Positions 1 through 10,720 of a stretch of DNA of 64,000 nucleotides are shown piece by piece. Below the pieces are notes generated by a model, which did not search any database, was not told the DNA's origin, and saw nothing but the letters and a program-made list of their open reading frames with translations. Position numbers and translations under genes: made by a program. The stretch's first letter is position 1. Each line of letters begins with the position of its first letter. Source of the DNA: an uncultured Spirochaetota bacterium (GTDB lineage: Bacteria > Spirochaetota > Brevinematia > Brevinematales > JAOACQ01); assembly GCA_963783575.1 (NCBI GenBank), contig CAWAOD010000010.1, positions 32,001-96,000 of the forward strand. The letters run 5' to 3'.

Positions 1-853
1 CAGCCAGGCTTGGCCCCTTCAGATTTAAATAATAAGATAACCTTGCGGCCAAAATCGACATATCAGTGCCTAAAAATGTCTGCGAATTAATCTCCTGCTC
101 TGATAATGTCATTTCTTTATAATCAGAAGACCGTCCCCCAACAAATACCCCCACCTTTTTGCCAGATAACTGCTCTGAAGAATATCCCGCGTCTTCCAGT
201 GCTTTATATGCTTCTTCAAGGAATAACCTCTGCTGGGGGTCCATTCTTTCCGCTTCAATGGGAGAAATATTAAAAAATAAAGCGTCAAATTTATCAATAT
301 TCTCAAGCATCCCGCCCCATTTGCTAATCGATTTGTTTTTCTTCATAGGATCGGAACTATAATAATCCGATTCTTTCCAGCCCTTCCGGTTGATTTCCTT
401 TATACAGCTATCACCAGATTGCAAGTGGCTCCAGAATTCTTCCATAGTATTCGAACCGGCAAACCTGCCTGAAATACCGATTACAGCTACTCCAGGTATC
501 TCATTCTTTATTACATTTTCTGTCTCGGAATTATTATTCGTTTTTTTTGCAGAAGACCATTCTTTTGAACCGGAATTGCTCATTGTTTTTTCTTCACTTT
601 TGATGATCCCATATTGACTAGCTATTTGTTCTGCTAATTCCTTCGCCCCTTTATAATCGAAAACCGCATCCACTCCTAAATCAATACCCAATTTTTGATT
701 GACAGCTTCTATCAGGTCAACCGATAAAACTGAGTTGATGCCCAATTCTAAGAAACTCGCTTCTTCTATCAATGAGTTATCCTGAACATTTAATAAACCG
801 GCAATAATCGCTTTTATCGCATTTTCAATATCCTTAACATCATGAAATATCAT
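1..853 (-). CDS. Type I PKS N-terminus (ACP followed by KS), truncated by the window edge
   Basis: Manual translation of the minus strand (absent from the ORF track): ACP motif EFGINSV, then KS motifs VAVIGISGRF, FDALFFNISPIEAERMDPQQRL, RLSYYLNLKGPSLA. Confidence 0.9.
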   Translation of the reverse strand, partial: MIFHDVKDIENAIKAIIAGLLNVQDNSLIEEASFLELGINSVLSVDLIEAVNQKLGIDLGVDAVFDYKGAKELAEQIASQYGIIKSEEKTMSNSGSKEWSSAKKTNNNSETENVIKNEIPGVAVIGISGRFAGSNTMEEFWSHLQSGDSCIKEINRKGWKESDYYSSDPMKKNKSISKWGGMLENIDKFDALFFNISPIEAERMDPQQRLFLEEAYKALEDAGYSSEQLSGKKVGVFVGGRSSDYKEMTLSEQEINSQTFLGTDMSILAARLSYYLNLKGPSLA

Positions 854-868
854 ATACAATTTCTCCAA

Positions 869-1690
869 TTACATTATCTTTTCACCATAACACATAAACA
901 ATTGCCGGACGATCGCATGTGTCCCGCTTTTCAGCATATCTCGCCATTCTATAGATATTTTAGCCAGGGCTTTACTGGACAAATAACCATCCTTAACCAA
1001 TTTTGAGGGTATGCCTATCCCTTCAGATTTCTGGAATATTTCTTCTCCCAAAATCTCGCTATGAGCGCTAATAATTTCAAAATCAATATGAGAAAAACCG
1101 CCCTTTTTTAGGATAACGGGCAGTTCCCTTCCAATTTTTGGGTTTCCACCTTCAGCATATCTCGACTCACAATAAGCATCATAGAGATCTCTCAACATTA
1201 AAATTTGAGGATAGGTCATAATATGCATTTCAAAATCATTATCAATAAAAATGGCTTTCCCACCCGGTTTCAATATCCGGTATACTTCCCGGATTGCGCC
1301 AACCGGATCAGGCAAGTGTTCCAATAATAACCGAATAATAGCAAAATCAAAGGTATTATCCTCTAAACCTGTTTCCATAATCGATTTCTGAATAATTTTA
1401 AATCTATCATATTTCTTTTCTTTCAAATAGTTGTTAGCGTAATCAACGAGTATCGGCTCTATCTCGACTGAGGTTATATTCATGTTTTTAAACTTATCCA
1501 TCAAATTCTTAGTAATAAAACCAGGACCGGACCCAAGCTCAACTAAAACCATACCATCCTTTAACCCATACTCGATATAATGCTTTAATTCTTTACCCCA
1601 AAATAAATCCACCTGGGACTTTAGCCTCTCAATTTCCTTATTAATACTACTAGCGATTGTTTTAATTTGGTACGAACCCGGATTATTCAT
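869..1690 (-). CDS. Class I SAM-dependent methyltransferase
   Basis: ELGSGPG motif I; LEHLPDP...LKPGG. Confidence 0.9.
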   Translation of the reverse strand: MNNPGSYQIKTIASSINKEIERLKSQVDLFWGKELKHYIEYGLKDGMVLVELGSGPGFITKNLMDKFKNMNITSVEIEPILVDYANNYLKEKKYDRFKIIQKSIMETGLEDNTFDFAIIRLLLEHLPDPVGAIREVYRILKPGGKAIFIDNDFEMHIMTYPQILMLRDLYDAYCESRYAEGGNPKIGRELPVILKKGGFSHIDFEIISAHSEILGEEIFQKSEGIGIPSKLVKDGYLSSKALAKISIEWRDMLKSGTHAIVRQLFMCYGEKIM

Positions 1691-1709
1691 TTTTATTCAT
1701 CCCCTCGTT

Positions 1710-2491
1710 TTAATTCATATTTCCATTTAAAAAAGAAAGAATTTGATCGGCCGCTATAATCCAATTGGGATCCAGCATCATATCATGGGAAATATCAGGA
1801 AAAATAACCGGATTTGTATTGTAAACTCGCCCTATTCCGATGATTCTTTTTTCTGGCAGTAGCCAGTCTTTTCTGCTCCCAAGAATTAATATTGGTAATG
1901 TTGTAATTAAAGCCTCAGGCACTATTCTTTTCAAAGATTCCATTATGACAAGGTTGGATTCAGGTTGTAGCTGCCAGGTATATTTTTCTCTTTTTTCAAC
2001 CGACAGTTTTTTAGAAAAAAAACTCCTGTCGGAAAACTAATATTTTTACCCTGATTAAATAAATAGGCTTGTACGATCTTCTTAAAATGAATAAAAAATA
2101 ACCGAATAAAATCTTTCATCATACCTTCAGGTGGAAGAGGTGCCATTAAAACAATCGCCTTTATCTTATCCTGATGAAATTGTAATAGCTTTTGAACAAT
2201 CCCTCCGCCCAGAGAATGCCCAATTAAAACCGGTTTTTCGTTCATACTTTTCATAACATTAAGAACATCCAGCATATAATGATTGATTGTATAAGAATGA
2301 AGATCATTATACCCGGTGCTGTTTCCATGACCCCGTAAACTGAGAGCATAGGATGGAAAACCTTTAGATGAGAAATAGGGAAGAAAATTCTCCTTCCAGC
2401 ACCATGCCCCATGATTGATACCATGGATGAATAATAAAGAAGATTTCTTCGATTCTTTCTTGGGTAAATCTTTTATTACTTCCAATCCCAT
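1710..2491 (-). pseudogene. Alpha/beta hydrolase (thioesterase/lysophospholipase-like), frameshifted
   Basis: FIHG and GHSLG in ORF 1943-2557 (likely start 2491); catalytic D/H region (GSRKD, SHDMM) in ORF 1710-1943; frame change at the homopolymer run near 2006-2023. Could be a sequencing error. Confidence 0.75.
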
Positions 2492-2569
2492 ATATTCCCA
2501 ACCCTTTTTCATCATACACTGGAGAATTTTTAAATTTACAAAAGGATAATTAATCACTACTTCTTTAAT

Positions 2570-4117
2570 CTAAACGATTTCATTATGGAAACGGTTAAAT
2601 CGTTGATTGAGAATATCTGCGGTTTCATTTAATAGCTTTAACGCTATTTCATCCACATGCCTATTCCTCCAGTTTTCTAAATCAGTTCCTTTAACCCATT
2701 GATTAAATGCCCCTAAAGAAGGTCCGCAATGGATTTGATAATCGACTTTACTTTCCTCGCTGCCGGTAAGTGCAAGTTGAGTAGAATATCCAAAATACCA
2801 TCTAAAAATGATAGCCATTTTCATCTTTGGATTCTTTTCCGCTTTTTCAATTTCATTGGAATCTTGAGATTTAAAATAGGCTTTACAATCTTCATATATA
2901 CTGCTAAAACTTTTTTTAAAGTACTTTTCTTGTATCTGCGTTTTCGTCTTTTCATCAATCTCTTCCAGTGAATTGTATTGTCTGTAAAGATCATACAACT
3001 TGTTTGCCCTAGCCGGAAAAAACAAACCTTTTTTTAAAACCTGGACTTTAGCCCCGATTTCAAACATATCTCCAGCCGGAGCATAGTCTGTATCTTGAAC
3101 GTTCATCTGCTGAAGTAAATCTTTTGCTGCATCGCTCGTCCCTGCCTCAACGGTACATTGGTTTATTGATCCAGTGGTAATAAAGTCGGCTCCCAGAATA
3201 AAAGCTGCCGCAGCAGCCTCGGGAGTTCCAATCCCTCCAGCCGCTCCAATGTGAACTTTTTTTTGATTCGGATATTTTTTCATCATATCATCGCGCAGTT
3301 TAATCATAGCTGGCATTAATACATAAGCGATACCACCGTCTGTATGCCCTCCTGAATCAGCCTCAACACAAATATCATCCGCAATGGGAATTTCTTTTGA
3401 CAACTCGGCTTCTTCCTTTGTTATTTTATTTTCAGTTAAGAGTTTATTCAGAATCTGCTCGGACGCAGGGTTTAAAAAAAATTCTGCCACTTCCGGCCTT
3501 GACAATTTTGCAATAATCTTATTCGAAGAAGTTATCCTTCCAGATTGATCTTTTGATAACCCCTTTGCATGATATTTGACTAAAGCCGGAGTAACCATTA
3601 AATAAGCAGAAGCTTCAACATTCTTTACCCCATATTTTAGATAAAGGTCAACTGTTTTTTCTTCCATACTGGGATTATTTGGATTATGCAATAAGTTCAA
3701 TCCATAGGACTGACCGCCGGCAAGTTCTTTCTGTAAATATTGAATTGCATCTTCAATCTCGGATAGATTCATACCGCCTGTCCCAAGGAAACCCATCATA
3801 CCGGCTTTACCCATTTTTACAACCATTTGCTTTGATGCTATTCCGCGAACCATGCTCCCGGTAATATAGGGATATTTCAGACAGTATTCATTCTTAAAGT
3901 CTTGATCACCCAGAGAAGCAGCTGTTATACCCATTACTTTGGGAACTGGTATCATTTCACTTTGCATGAATTGTTTGTCCTGATTTTTTTCTACAACATC
4001 CGTAACATTCTGTTTTATTTTCACGGATTCGGAATTAACATCATTAATATCTTGGATATTTCTCATTTCTTTTTTAGCGCCTTCTATCATATCCTTCAGA
4101 ATTTCTGACCGTTTCAT
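2570..4117 (-). CDS. PfaD-family trans-acting enoyl reductase (PksE/BaeE ER-like domain)
   Basis: [34 protein letters not shown] motifs; ATG 4117 has a GGAGG RBS. Confidence 0.9.
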   Translation of the reverse strand: MKRSEILKDMIEGAKKEMRNIQDINDVNSESVKIKQNVTDVVEKNQDKQFMQSEMIPVPKVMGITAASLGDQDFKNEYCLKYPYITGSMVRGIASKQMVVKMGKAGMMGFLGTGGMNLSEIEDAIQYLQKELAGGQSYGLNLLHNPNNPSMEEKTVDLYLKYGVKNVEASAYLMVTPALVKYHAKGLSKDQSGRITSSNKIIAKLSRPEVAEFFLNPASEQILNKLLTENKITKEEAELSKEIPIADDICVEADSGGHTDGGIAYVLMPAMIKLRDDMMKKYPNQKKVHIGAAGGIGTPEAAAAAFILGADFITTGSINQCTVEAGTSDAAKDLLQQMNVQDTDYAPAGDMFEIGAKVQVLKKGLFFPARANKLYDLYRQYNSLEEIDEKTKTQIQEKYFKKSFSSIYEDCKAYFKSQDSNEIEKAEKNPKMKMAIIFRWYFGYSTQLALTGSEESKVDYQIHCGPSLGAFNQWVKGTDLENWRNRHVDEIALKLLNETADILNQRFNRFHNEIV

Positions 4118-4118
4118 T

Positions 4119-4871
4119 TTATTCCTCCATAATCCCTTTTGAAATTTCAGCAAAAACAGGAATTGATTTTGATTTTGGAAAAACATCATAAAGCGGTTTT
4201 CCAAGAAGCTGAGAATCTTTTATCTTACTGTCTTGCGGAATAGTATATAATTTATAATTCATTTCATTAAACAACTCGCTCACTATATCATGCGAACTCA
4301 TTGAAGAATTTTTATTATTGATGATAACCTTCTCATGTTTCACATTTCGCCTTTCATATTTATTCAGATTTTTAATATCAATTGAAAGAGCGGATAAACC
4401 GGAAATACCATATTTTTCTGGTATAAATGGGCTTATAATTTCATCCAAAGTGATCGCTATCCCCTTCTCAAGAATTCCGAAATTTGGGGATAAATCGTAA
4501 AACACATACTCAAAACCTTGTTTCTCGAGGTCCTCATTTAATTCCTCAAAGAAATACCGTTGTTTATTAATCACTATATCCGAATCTTCCCTCAGTTCAG
4601 AGCCTTTTCCCTCTGTTTTTATAAAAAATAAATACTCATTATAACGGGATAAAGACTCCGCCGGACTCGCCTTATCATTAATGATATCCAGTAGCTGGTA
4701 TTGGCTGATATCCGCGCCTTTATATAGGCCATCCGTCGCATTCCCTTGAGGGTCAGCGTCAATTAAAACCGTTTTCTTTTTAAATTTTGTCGCAATGTAA
4801 TGTGCGACGGTCACTGTAAGGCTTGTTTTACCTACCCCGCCTTTTTTACAGAAGAATGAGATTTTTTTCAT
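4119..4871 (-). CDS. ParA/Soj family ATPase
   Basis: Deviant Walker A KGGVGKT; DADPQGN; YDLSP. Confidence 0.9.
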   Translation of the reverse strand: MKKISFFCKKGGVGKTSLTVTVAHYIATKFKKKTVLIDADPQGNATDGLYKGADISQYQLLDIINDKASPAESLSRYNEYLFFIKTEGKGSELREDSDIVINKQRYFFEELNEDLEKQGFEYVFYDLSPNFGILEKGIAITLDEIISPFIPEKYGISGLSALSIDIKNLNKYERRNVKHEKVIINNKNSSMSSHDIVSELFNEMNYKLYTIPQDSKIKDSQLLGKPLYDVFPKSKSIPVFAEISKGIMEE

Positions 4872-4912
4872 GATAATTCTCCTTCATACTGCCTATCAAA
4901 TATTAGTTTTCC

Positions 4913-5263
4913 TTATTTTTTAACATAAGTCACCAGAACCGGTAATACTTTTACGACATAGGGTAGAACAGAAATTGCGTAAACGCAAACGCTTAATGAC
5001 GTCAAGCTGAAAAGTATCCAAGAAACAGTTTTCTGGCTGATTTTTTTCGCTTCTTTCTGCTTATTGAACTGTCTTAAACTAAGAAAAACACCGATCACAA
5101 TTTCTATTGCAAAAGTGAGCATTAATAATATGGTCAATAGAAACTTTTCAGAAGTATACCCAATATATACAAACAAAAACATATAGATAGGCCAGGGAAA
5201 CAATAAAATATACAAAATAGTGCTTCCAACTACTACTGAGTTTAAAAATGATTTCATATTCAA
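4913..5263 (-). CDS. Small hypothetical membrane protein
   Basis: Three hydrophobic segments, GGAGG RBS. Confidence 0.6.
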   Translation of the reverse strand: MNMKSFLNSVVVGSTILYILLFPWPIYMFLFVYIGYTSEKFLLTILLMLTFAIEIVIGVFLSLRQFNKQKEAKKISQKTVSWILFSLTSLSVCVYAISVLPYVVKVLPVLVTYVKK

Positions 5264-5277
5264 TCCTCCATTAATTT

Positions 5278-6849
5278 TTATATCAATAATTCGGACAAAA
5301 ACTGTGAGGTTATGTCTTGAAAAATCTCATCATTCCAATAATCTTCGTCCACCACTTGTTTTTTGACTATTTTAGTATTTGCAAAAACAGGAGCTTCTAA
5401 AATTTTATTCAAAATGTTTTGCATAAATTCGCAAAGGCAGGTATTTGAACGTTCCAATGATAGAAAAAAATATTCCCGGAGAGGAGAGTTGATGATTCTA
5501 AATAATACCGATGTTAGTTTTGATAAATAATTCAATTCCTCTTCATCGATTGTACTTGTTGAATAAACGGTATGAGGCGCATTGAATGAATATTTTATTT
5601 CATATTTTTCACACAATCTCTCAAGATCGGAACCAGGCAATATTTGAAGACGGTGGATATTTAAAATATGGTCTGTATTCCTCAGGTAAGGTAAAATAAT
5701 CCCCAATCCATTAAAATAAGATCCAAATGTCTCCAAAGGCAAACCCAAAATCAGGTCAATTTTTAATACGATATTATATTTATTAATATTCGACATGAAC
5801 AGTTTAAATTTATTATCATCTATCTTATATCTACTGACAGCATTTAATGCTTCTTTATGAAAAGACTGTAATCCGATACAATTAATGACATTATAATCTT
5901 TAAGTAAATCTGAGTAATGTTGTGCCAAATCCAAAGGTATGGTATTGTTGGTATTAATAATCACTTCACGGTTTTTTAATTCTGCAGTTAATTGGATAAA
6001 CTCCTCGTCACAATCATAGCATGTAATTTCCCAATAAATCCAGGGAAGTTTTATACCGCTCTTTTTAATATGTATCAAATGCTTCATTATTTCTTTTGCT
6101 CTGGTAACATCAGACATAAAATCTGAATCAAATATTCTTAATGCAGAAATCTGTTTCTGAATAATGAGATGATCTATTTCTCTTTTGACTCTATCCAGAG
6201 AATTATAAGCGATTTTTTGGACGCCTTTATGATACAGGCAATACTTGCATTTAAAACGGCATCCCCTTTGAGTTTCCAAAAATGCCTGCTGCCTTGAATA
6301 TAATCTGTCTTCAATAATATTATCCAGGTATATTGATGGAATATCATCCAAATTGGTTATCTGGCCGCCATTTCCATTATAAATTAATTTTTCATCTTTC
6401 CAATACGCAAGGCCTTTTATCTCTTTTAATATTTCTTCATTTTGATGATTCATCAAATACTGCATTAGCCTTAATAATGTCCTTTCGCCCTCACCGATAA
6501 CATAGAAATCGCCCCTCTGTTTTTTTTCAAATTTTTCTACCCTTGTCGGATAGATTTCCGGGCCCCCTAGAAGATGTAATGCGTTTGTCATACCCTTTAA
6601 TTCTTCAATAAGCTTTAAAATGGTTTCAATATTCCAGATATAGGAACTATACCCAATAAAATCTGGATCAAGATATGCGATTTTTTCCATCATTTTTTTT
6701 AGAGGATATGTTTCATTAAAATTAAGAACATCCACATTTAATTCTTCGTTACCGATGTTTTTTTCTAAATATCCTTTTAAAATATAGGAAGAAATAAGAT
6801 ATTGTGCTATCGTGTTTACAGGGTAGATATTTACCAGAACCAATTCCAT
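5278..6849 (-). CDS. Cobalamin-binding radical SAM enzyme
   Basis: N-terminal B12-binding domain (SSYIWN, GGPE, GEGE); RGCRFKCKYC CxxxCxxC motif. Confidence 0.9.
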   Translation of the reverse strand: MELVLVNIYPVNTIAQYLISSYILKGYLEKNIGNEELNVDVLNFNETYPLKKMMEKIAYLDPDFIGYSSYIWNIETILKLIEELKGMTNALHLLGGPEIYPTRVEKFEKKQRGDFYVIGEGERTLLRLMQYLMNHQNEEILKEIKGLAYWKDEKLIYNGNGGQITNLDDIPSIYLDNIIEDRLYSRQQAFLETQRGCRFKCKYCLYHKGVQKIAYNSLDRVKREIDHLIIQKQISALRIFDSDFMSDVTRAKEIMKHLIHIKKSGIKLPWIYWEITCYDCDEEFIQLTAELKNREVIINTNNTIPLDLAQHYSDLLKDYNVINCIGLQSFHKEALNAVSRYKIDDNKFKLFMSNINKYNIVLKIDLILGLPLETFGSYFNGLGIILPYLRNTDHILNIHRLQILPGSDLERLCEKYEIKYSFNAPHTVYSTSTIDEEELNYLSKLTSVLFRIINSPLREYFFLSLERSNTCLCEFMQNILNKILEAPVFANTKIVKKQVVDEDYWNDEIFQDITSQFLSELLI

Positions 6850-6887
6850 ATTTATTTCTCCATTTTCATACAGATAATTATTAAATC

Positions 6888-9800
6888 TTATTTTCTTAAA
6901 CCCATGATACGTTGCCTCTGAAGTTCCCCTCTTTCTTTCATTTTCTTTAATTTATTATCAACCTCGCCTTTTGTTAAGAATTCCGCGAGTTTCCTGATGG
7001 TGGTATATTGAAATAAATCTGTTATTTGCAGCGCCTGATCAAACTCATTTTGTATTTTGCTTAAAAATTGAACCAATTGAATAGAATGCCCACCAAGATC
7101 GAAAAAGTTGTCGTCAATCCCGATTGAATCTTTATTTAAAACTTCCTTGATCAATCCTACAATTTTTTCCTGAACATCATTTGCCGGTTCAGCACTGGAT
7201 GAGGGAATTTCTGCGATCACAGGTCCTTTAATATTAATTTTATCAATACTATTGTAATTATTTAATATATCCAGTAATATTTCCTGATCATGTCTTTTGG
7301 TGCTACTTATTGTTTTCTTATCTTTAAGCTCTAAATTTTCTTCTTTGTTTAAAGAGGTTGGATTAAATTTTAAATCAATCATTTTTCCAGAAGAGTAATA
7401 AAATATTTCACTATCATTCACCTTGTCATTTTTTAAATACTCAATACTATTCAAGAAATTATATACAGGAATATTTTTTGATGTGGAGTGATAGGGTATC
7501 ATAATATCTTCAATATTACTCTTTTTTGCCAGTTCCGCGATTCCGCTCATAATTCTATGCTCAACCCCTTTCCCCAAAGTCCTGCAGCTTAGGATAAAGG
7601 ATTCAACTTTTAAATATTTGCCAATTAGAATATAGAAAACCGCCCCAACCAACCCGTATGAACCAAACCGGTCGCTCACTTTTACAGTTAAACATTTATT
7701 CTGCTTATTTGATATAAATTCGCTAATCTCTTGTTCCGTACGGCGCAAAGTGGTTGTATTAAATTGATTGGTCCTCAAAGTCAGCTGGCTAACCCTTAAC
7801 AGATCTTCATTTTTGATTTCCTCAATATCGATTTTCAGTTGTAGCGAATTTACAAACTCTTCAAACGAGATGTGTTTTTCGATTTCCTTATTGCGTAAGA
7901 TATCCTGTTTATACATAACAGTCCTAGCCCTGTCCTCTTCAGTGATCTTCAGATGGTCCCAGAACCAGCCATGTTTAATTAAATTATGAATGCTTTCCGG
8001 TTCCTGCGGAAATTGTAATGTAAGCACTTCCGGAATAGCGCCGGATACTTCCGCGCATTCCAGAGGATTATCATCAATAAAAATAAAACTGTCCAGGCCA
8101 AGATTCAGTTCTTTTGAAATCTTTATTATATTTTCAGACTTAGATTCCCAGTTAGCTTTGATTAACGTGATATGGTCAGCAGTTAAAATCATTCCGGATT
8201 TTTCCTGTAATGCTTTTAATATATCCGATTCTTCATTTTTGCTAACCAAACAAAGGACCATACCATTTCCCTTCTGTTCAGCCATCCATTTTTGAAATTC
8301 TGCCCTTTCGGGATCGATCTCAATTTTATCGATTCCGTCTTCACCGATAACACCTTTCCAGAGAGTATTATCACAATCTAATACAATCACTTTAAACGGT
8401 TTTCTTTTTATTGCATAGATTTTCCTGGAAATAGCTGTCCCCAGGGTTTTATAAAAGTCCACAGTATAGGGTAAATGCCCTTCTTTATCAGTCAACTCAT
8501 CGAAAATATGGGTGATTGGAAATGGGGTAAGTACTTCCTCATCTTTTAATAAATATATATTACTTAGTGGCATGATTCCTTTAATTATTTTTTCTTTTAG
8601 AATTTCAACATCTTCCTCTGCTATTAAGTTTGCTTCATTTCTCGAAGGTAAAATACTTAATATAACCGGGACTGTAAAGCTATTTGCAGCTTTCTGCAGG
8701 GACTTAATAAAATCATCACATATACTAAATATCTTTTCCTTAATATCTGAATTATTCCTATCATCCGTGCTATATCTGATCCAATCTTCCAACCTAATCA
8801 ATAAAACATTAATTCCATCCTTATTCATCATCATAAGTTGAGAGGGGTCTAAAAGCTGGTTAAACACTTGATTATAATCAGCGAGTTCAATGGAGGAAGG
8901 CATTTTCAGCTTATTCATCCAGAATGATAAGATTTCTTTAACCGGTTGATCGGAAAATGTTGAAGAAATAATGATCCTCTGTTTATAATTCTTTATGCTA
9001 TAATCATCAACTTTCTTTTGTAAGTCATCCGGAATCACTAATTCTTTTATTTTTATATCCGGTTTTTTTACAATTTGCTCGATTATGGATACATACCCCG
9101 ATATTATGGCTTGTGCGGTGCTGTCCAGAAATAATTCTTTTGAATAATCAAATGCGCCGACAATCCTTTGATTATTCACCCCCATTGATAAAAAGATATC
9201 ATAATCGGAATACCCGGAAAACAAATATAAATCTTCAACAGAAATATCATCTACAACAGGATATTCGCGGATTTGTATCAAATTAAACATAACTTGAAAC
9301 AATGGATTCATATTAAATTCATTCTTATTTGTTAGATTTTGAACTAAATTAAAGAACGGTATATCAGAATGATTAAACGCATTATTGCTGATATCTAAAT
9401 TAACTTTCATGAGATTCACAATATTTTGATCTGGGAAAAATTGATTCTTTAGAACCAGGGCATTGGCAAAATTACCAATTATTTTCTGAAAATCCGGTAA
9501 TTTACGATTTGCCATAGCACAGCCGATTAAAAATTCATTCTGCCTGCTAATAATGTAAAGCAAACTGGCAAATGCCGAATAGAGAAAATTAAATATGGTA
9601 ACTTTTAATTCCATGGTCAGTTTTATTATAGCTTGAACCGTTTCTTTATTTAAATCAAATACAATTTCTTCGGCCTGATAGGTTAAAGTTTTCGGCCTAT
9701 CAAAATCATAAGGCAAACTAATAGTAGTTGGGACATTTTTAAGTGTTTCTATCCAATATTCAACCAGCTGTTTTTCAGTTTTTCCCATTAATGCATTATG

Positions 9801-10649
9801 ATAATTAATATATTCCAGAAAATTGCTTTTTAATGGAACCAGTTCCATTCCCTGTTTTCCGCAAAGCTTAAAATATGTTTTAATTAAATCAGACAAAATT
9901 ATTTCAATCGACCAGAAATCAGAGATAATATGGTGGATATTAACAAATAAAATTTGATCATTTTCATTGATCCTAAAGATTTTAATTTTGATCAAATCAC
10001 CTTCAAAAAGGTTCATTCCTTTTTTGGCTTCAGTTTTTACTTTTATTTCAATTTCGCTTTCTTTAATTTCCTCAATAGGGACAATAACAGGTTCGGCATC
10101 TTTTATCATTTGAAACATTTTGTTGTTTTCAATAACAAAGTAAGCTCTTAACAATTCATGTCTGTTTAAAAGAAAATTGTAGCTTACATTTAGTAAATCT
10201 ATTTTAAATTTCCCTTTTATCCTCATAGCGGAATAGATATTAAATATAGGGGTCCCTGGATACAACCGGTCCAAGAAAAAAATCCTTTCCTGGTCGGATG
10301 ATATGGGCCATTTTTTATTATCTTGCATCATCGGTTTTGTATTTTGAATTATTGATCCGTAACTGGCATTATTTCCTTTACTTAAAATTTTATGGGTCGC
10401 ATATTCAATAAACTCAGCTATACTGCTGGTATCAACCAGTTTACCCGCATTGATCTCTATCGTAAATTTCTGATTAATTTCCCCAATTATCAAGGCTGCC
10501 GCGATGGAATTCCCTCCTAATTCTAAAAAATTTGCCTTTGGGTCTATTTTCATACCAGTCTTTTGTTCCATTATTAAAACAATATCATTAAAAATTTTTT
10601 CTTTATCCCCTAAAATTGCAGCGGAATAATTTTGATTAAAATCTTCCAT
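6888..10649 (-). CDS. NRPS-like protein, ACP-Condensation-FkbH-ACP
   Basis: LGGNSI carrier; HHIISD C domain; LDCDNTLW, FIDDNP, RTNQFN, LSCR FkbH motifs; LGGHSI carrier. Confidence 0.9.
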   Translation of the reverse strand: MEDFNQNYSAAILGDKEKIFNDIVLIMEQKTGMKIDPKANFLELGGNSIAAALIIGEINQKFTIEINAGKLVDTSSIAEFIEYATHKILSKGNNASYGSIIQNTKPMMQDNKKWPISSDQERIFFLDRLYPGTPIFNIYSAMRIKGKFKIDLLNVSYNFLLNRHELLRAYFVIENNKMFQMIKDAEPVIVPIEEIKESEIEIKVKTEAKKGMNLFEGDLIKIKIFRINENDQILFVNIHHIISDFWSIEIILSDLIKTYFKLCGKQGMELVPLKSNFLEYINYHNALMGKTEKQLVEYWIETLKNVPTTISLPYDFDRPKTLTYQAEEIVFDLNKETVQAIIKLTMELKVTIFNFLYSAFASLLYIISRQNEFLIGCAMANRKLPDFQKIIGNFANALVLKNQFFPDQNIVNLMKVNLDISNNAFNHSDIPFFNLVQNLTNKNEFNMNPLFQVMFNLIQIREYPVVDDISVEDLYLFSGYSDYDIFLSMGVNNQRIVGAFDYSKELFLDSTAQAIISGYVSIIEQIVKKPDIKIKELVIPDDLQKKVDDYSIKNYKQRIIISSTFSDQPVKEILSFWMNKLKMPSSIELADYNQVFNQLLDPSQLMMMNKDGINVLLIRLEDWIRYSTDDRNNSDIKEKIFSICDDFIKSLQKAANSFTVPVILSILPSRNEANLIAEEDVEILKEKIIKGIMPLSNIYLLKDEEVLTPFPITHIFDELTDKEGHLPYTVDFYKTLGTAISRKIYAIKRKPFKVIVLDCDNTLWKGVIGEDGIDKIEIDPERAEFQKWMAEQKGNGMVLCLVSKNEESDILKALQEKSGMILTADHITLIKANWESKSENIIKISKELNLGLDSFIFIDDNPLECAEVSGAIPEVLTLQFPQEPESIHNLIKHGWFWDHLKITEEDRARTVMYKQDILRNKEIEKHISFEEFVNSLQLKIDIEEIKNEDLLRVSQLTLRTNQFNTTTLRRTEQEISEFISNKQNKCLTVKVSDRFGSYGLVGAVFYILIGKYLKVESFILSCRTLGKGVEHRIMSGIAELAKKSNIEDIMIPYHSTSKNIPVYNFLNSIEYLKNDKVNDSEIFYYSSGKMIDLKFNPTSLNKEENLELKDKKTISSTKRHDQEILLDILNNYNSIDKINIKGPVIAEIPSSSAEPANDVQEKIVGLIKEVLNKDSIGIDDNFFDLGGHSIQLVQFLSKIQNEFDQALQITDLFQYTTIRKLAEFLTKGEVDNKLKKMKERGELQRQRIMGLRK

Positions 10650-10720
10650 AAAACATCTCCAATTTATTAAACTGTGGTATTTTTTTCAAATCTTTTTTTA
10701 TTTCATTCAAAATAATGAAT

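Noticed and set aside
4118..4204. Long N-terminal overlap of the PfaD ORF with parA
   Set aside because: A better start with RBS exists at 4117.
4119..4871. parA as evidence that the window is a plasmid
   Set aside because: No rep or parB seen, and the window carries chromosomal housekeeping genes.
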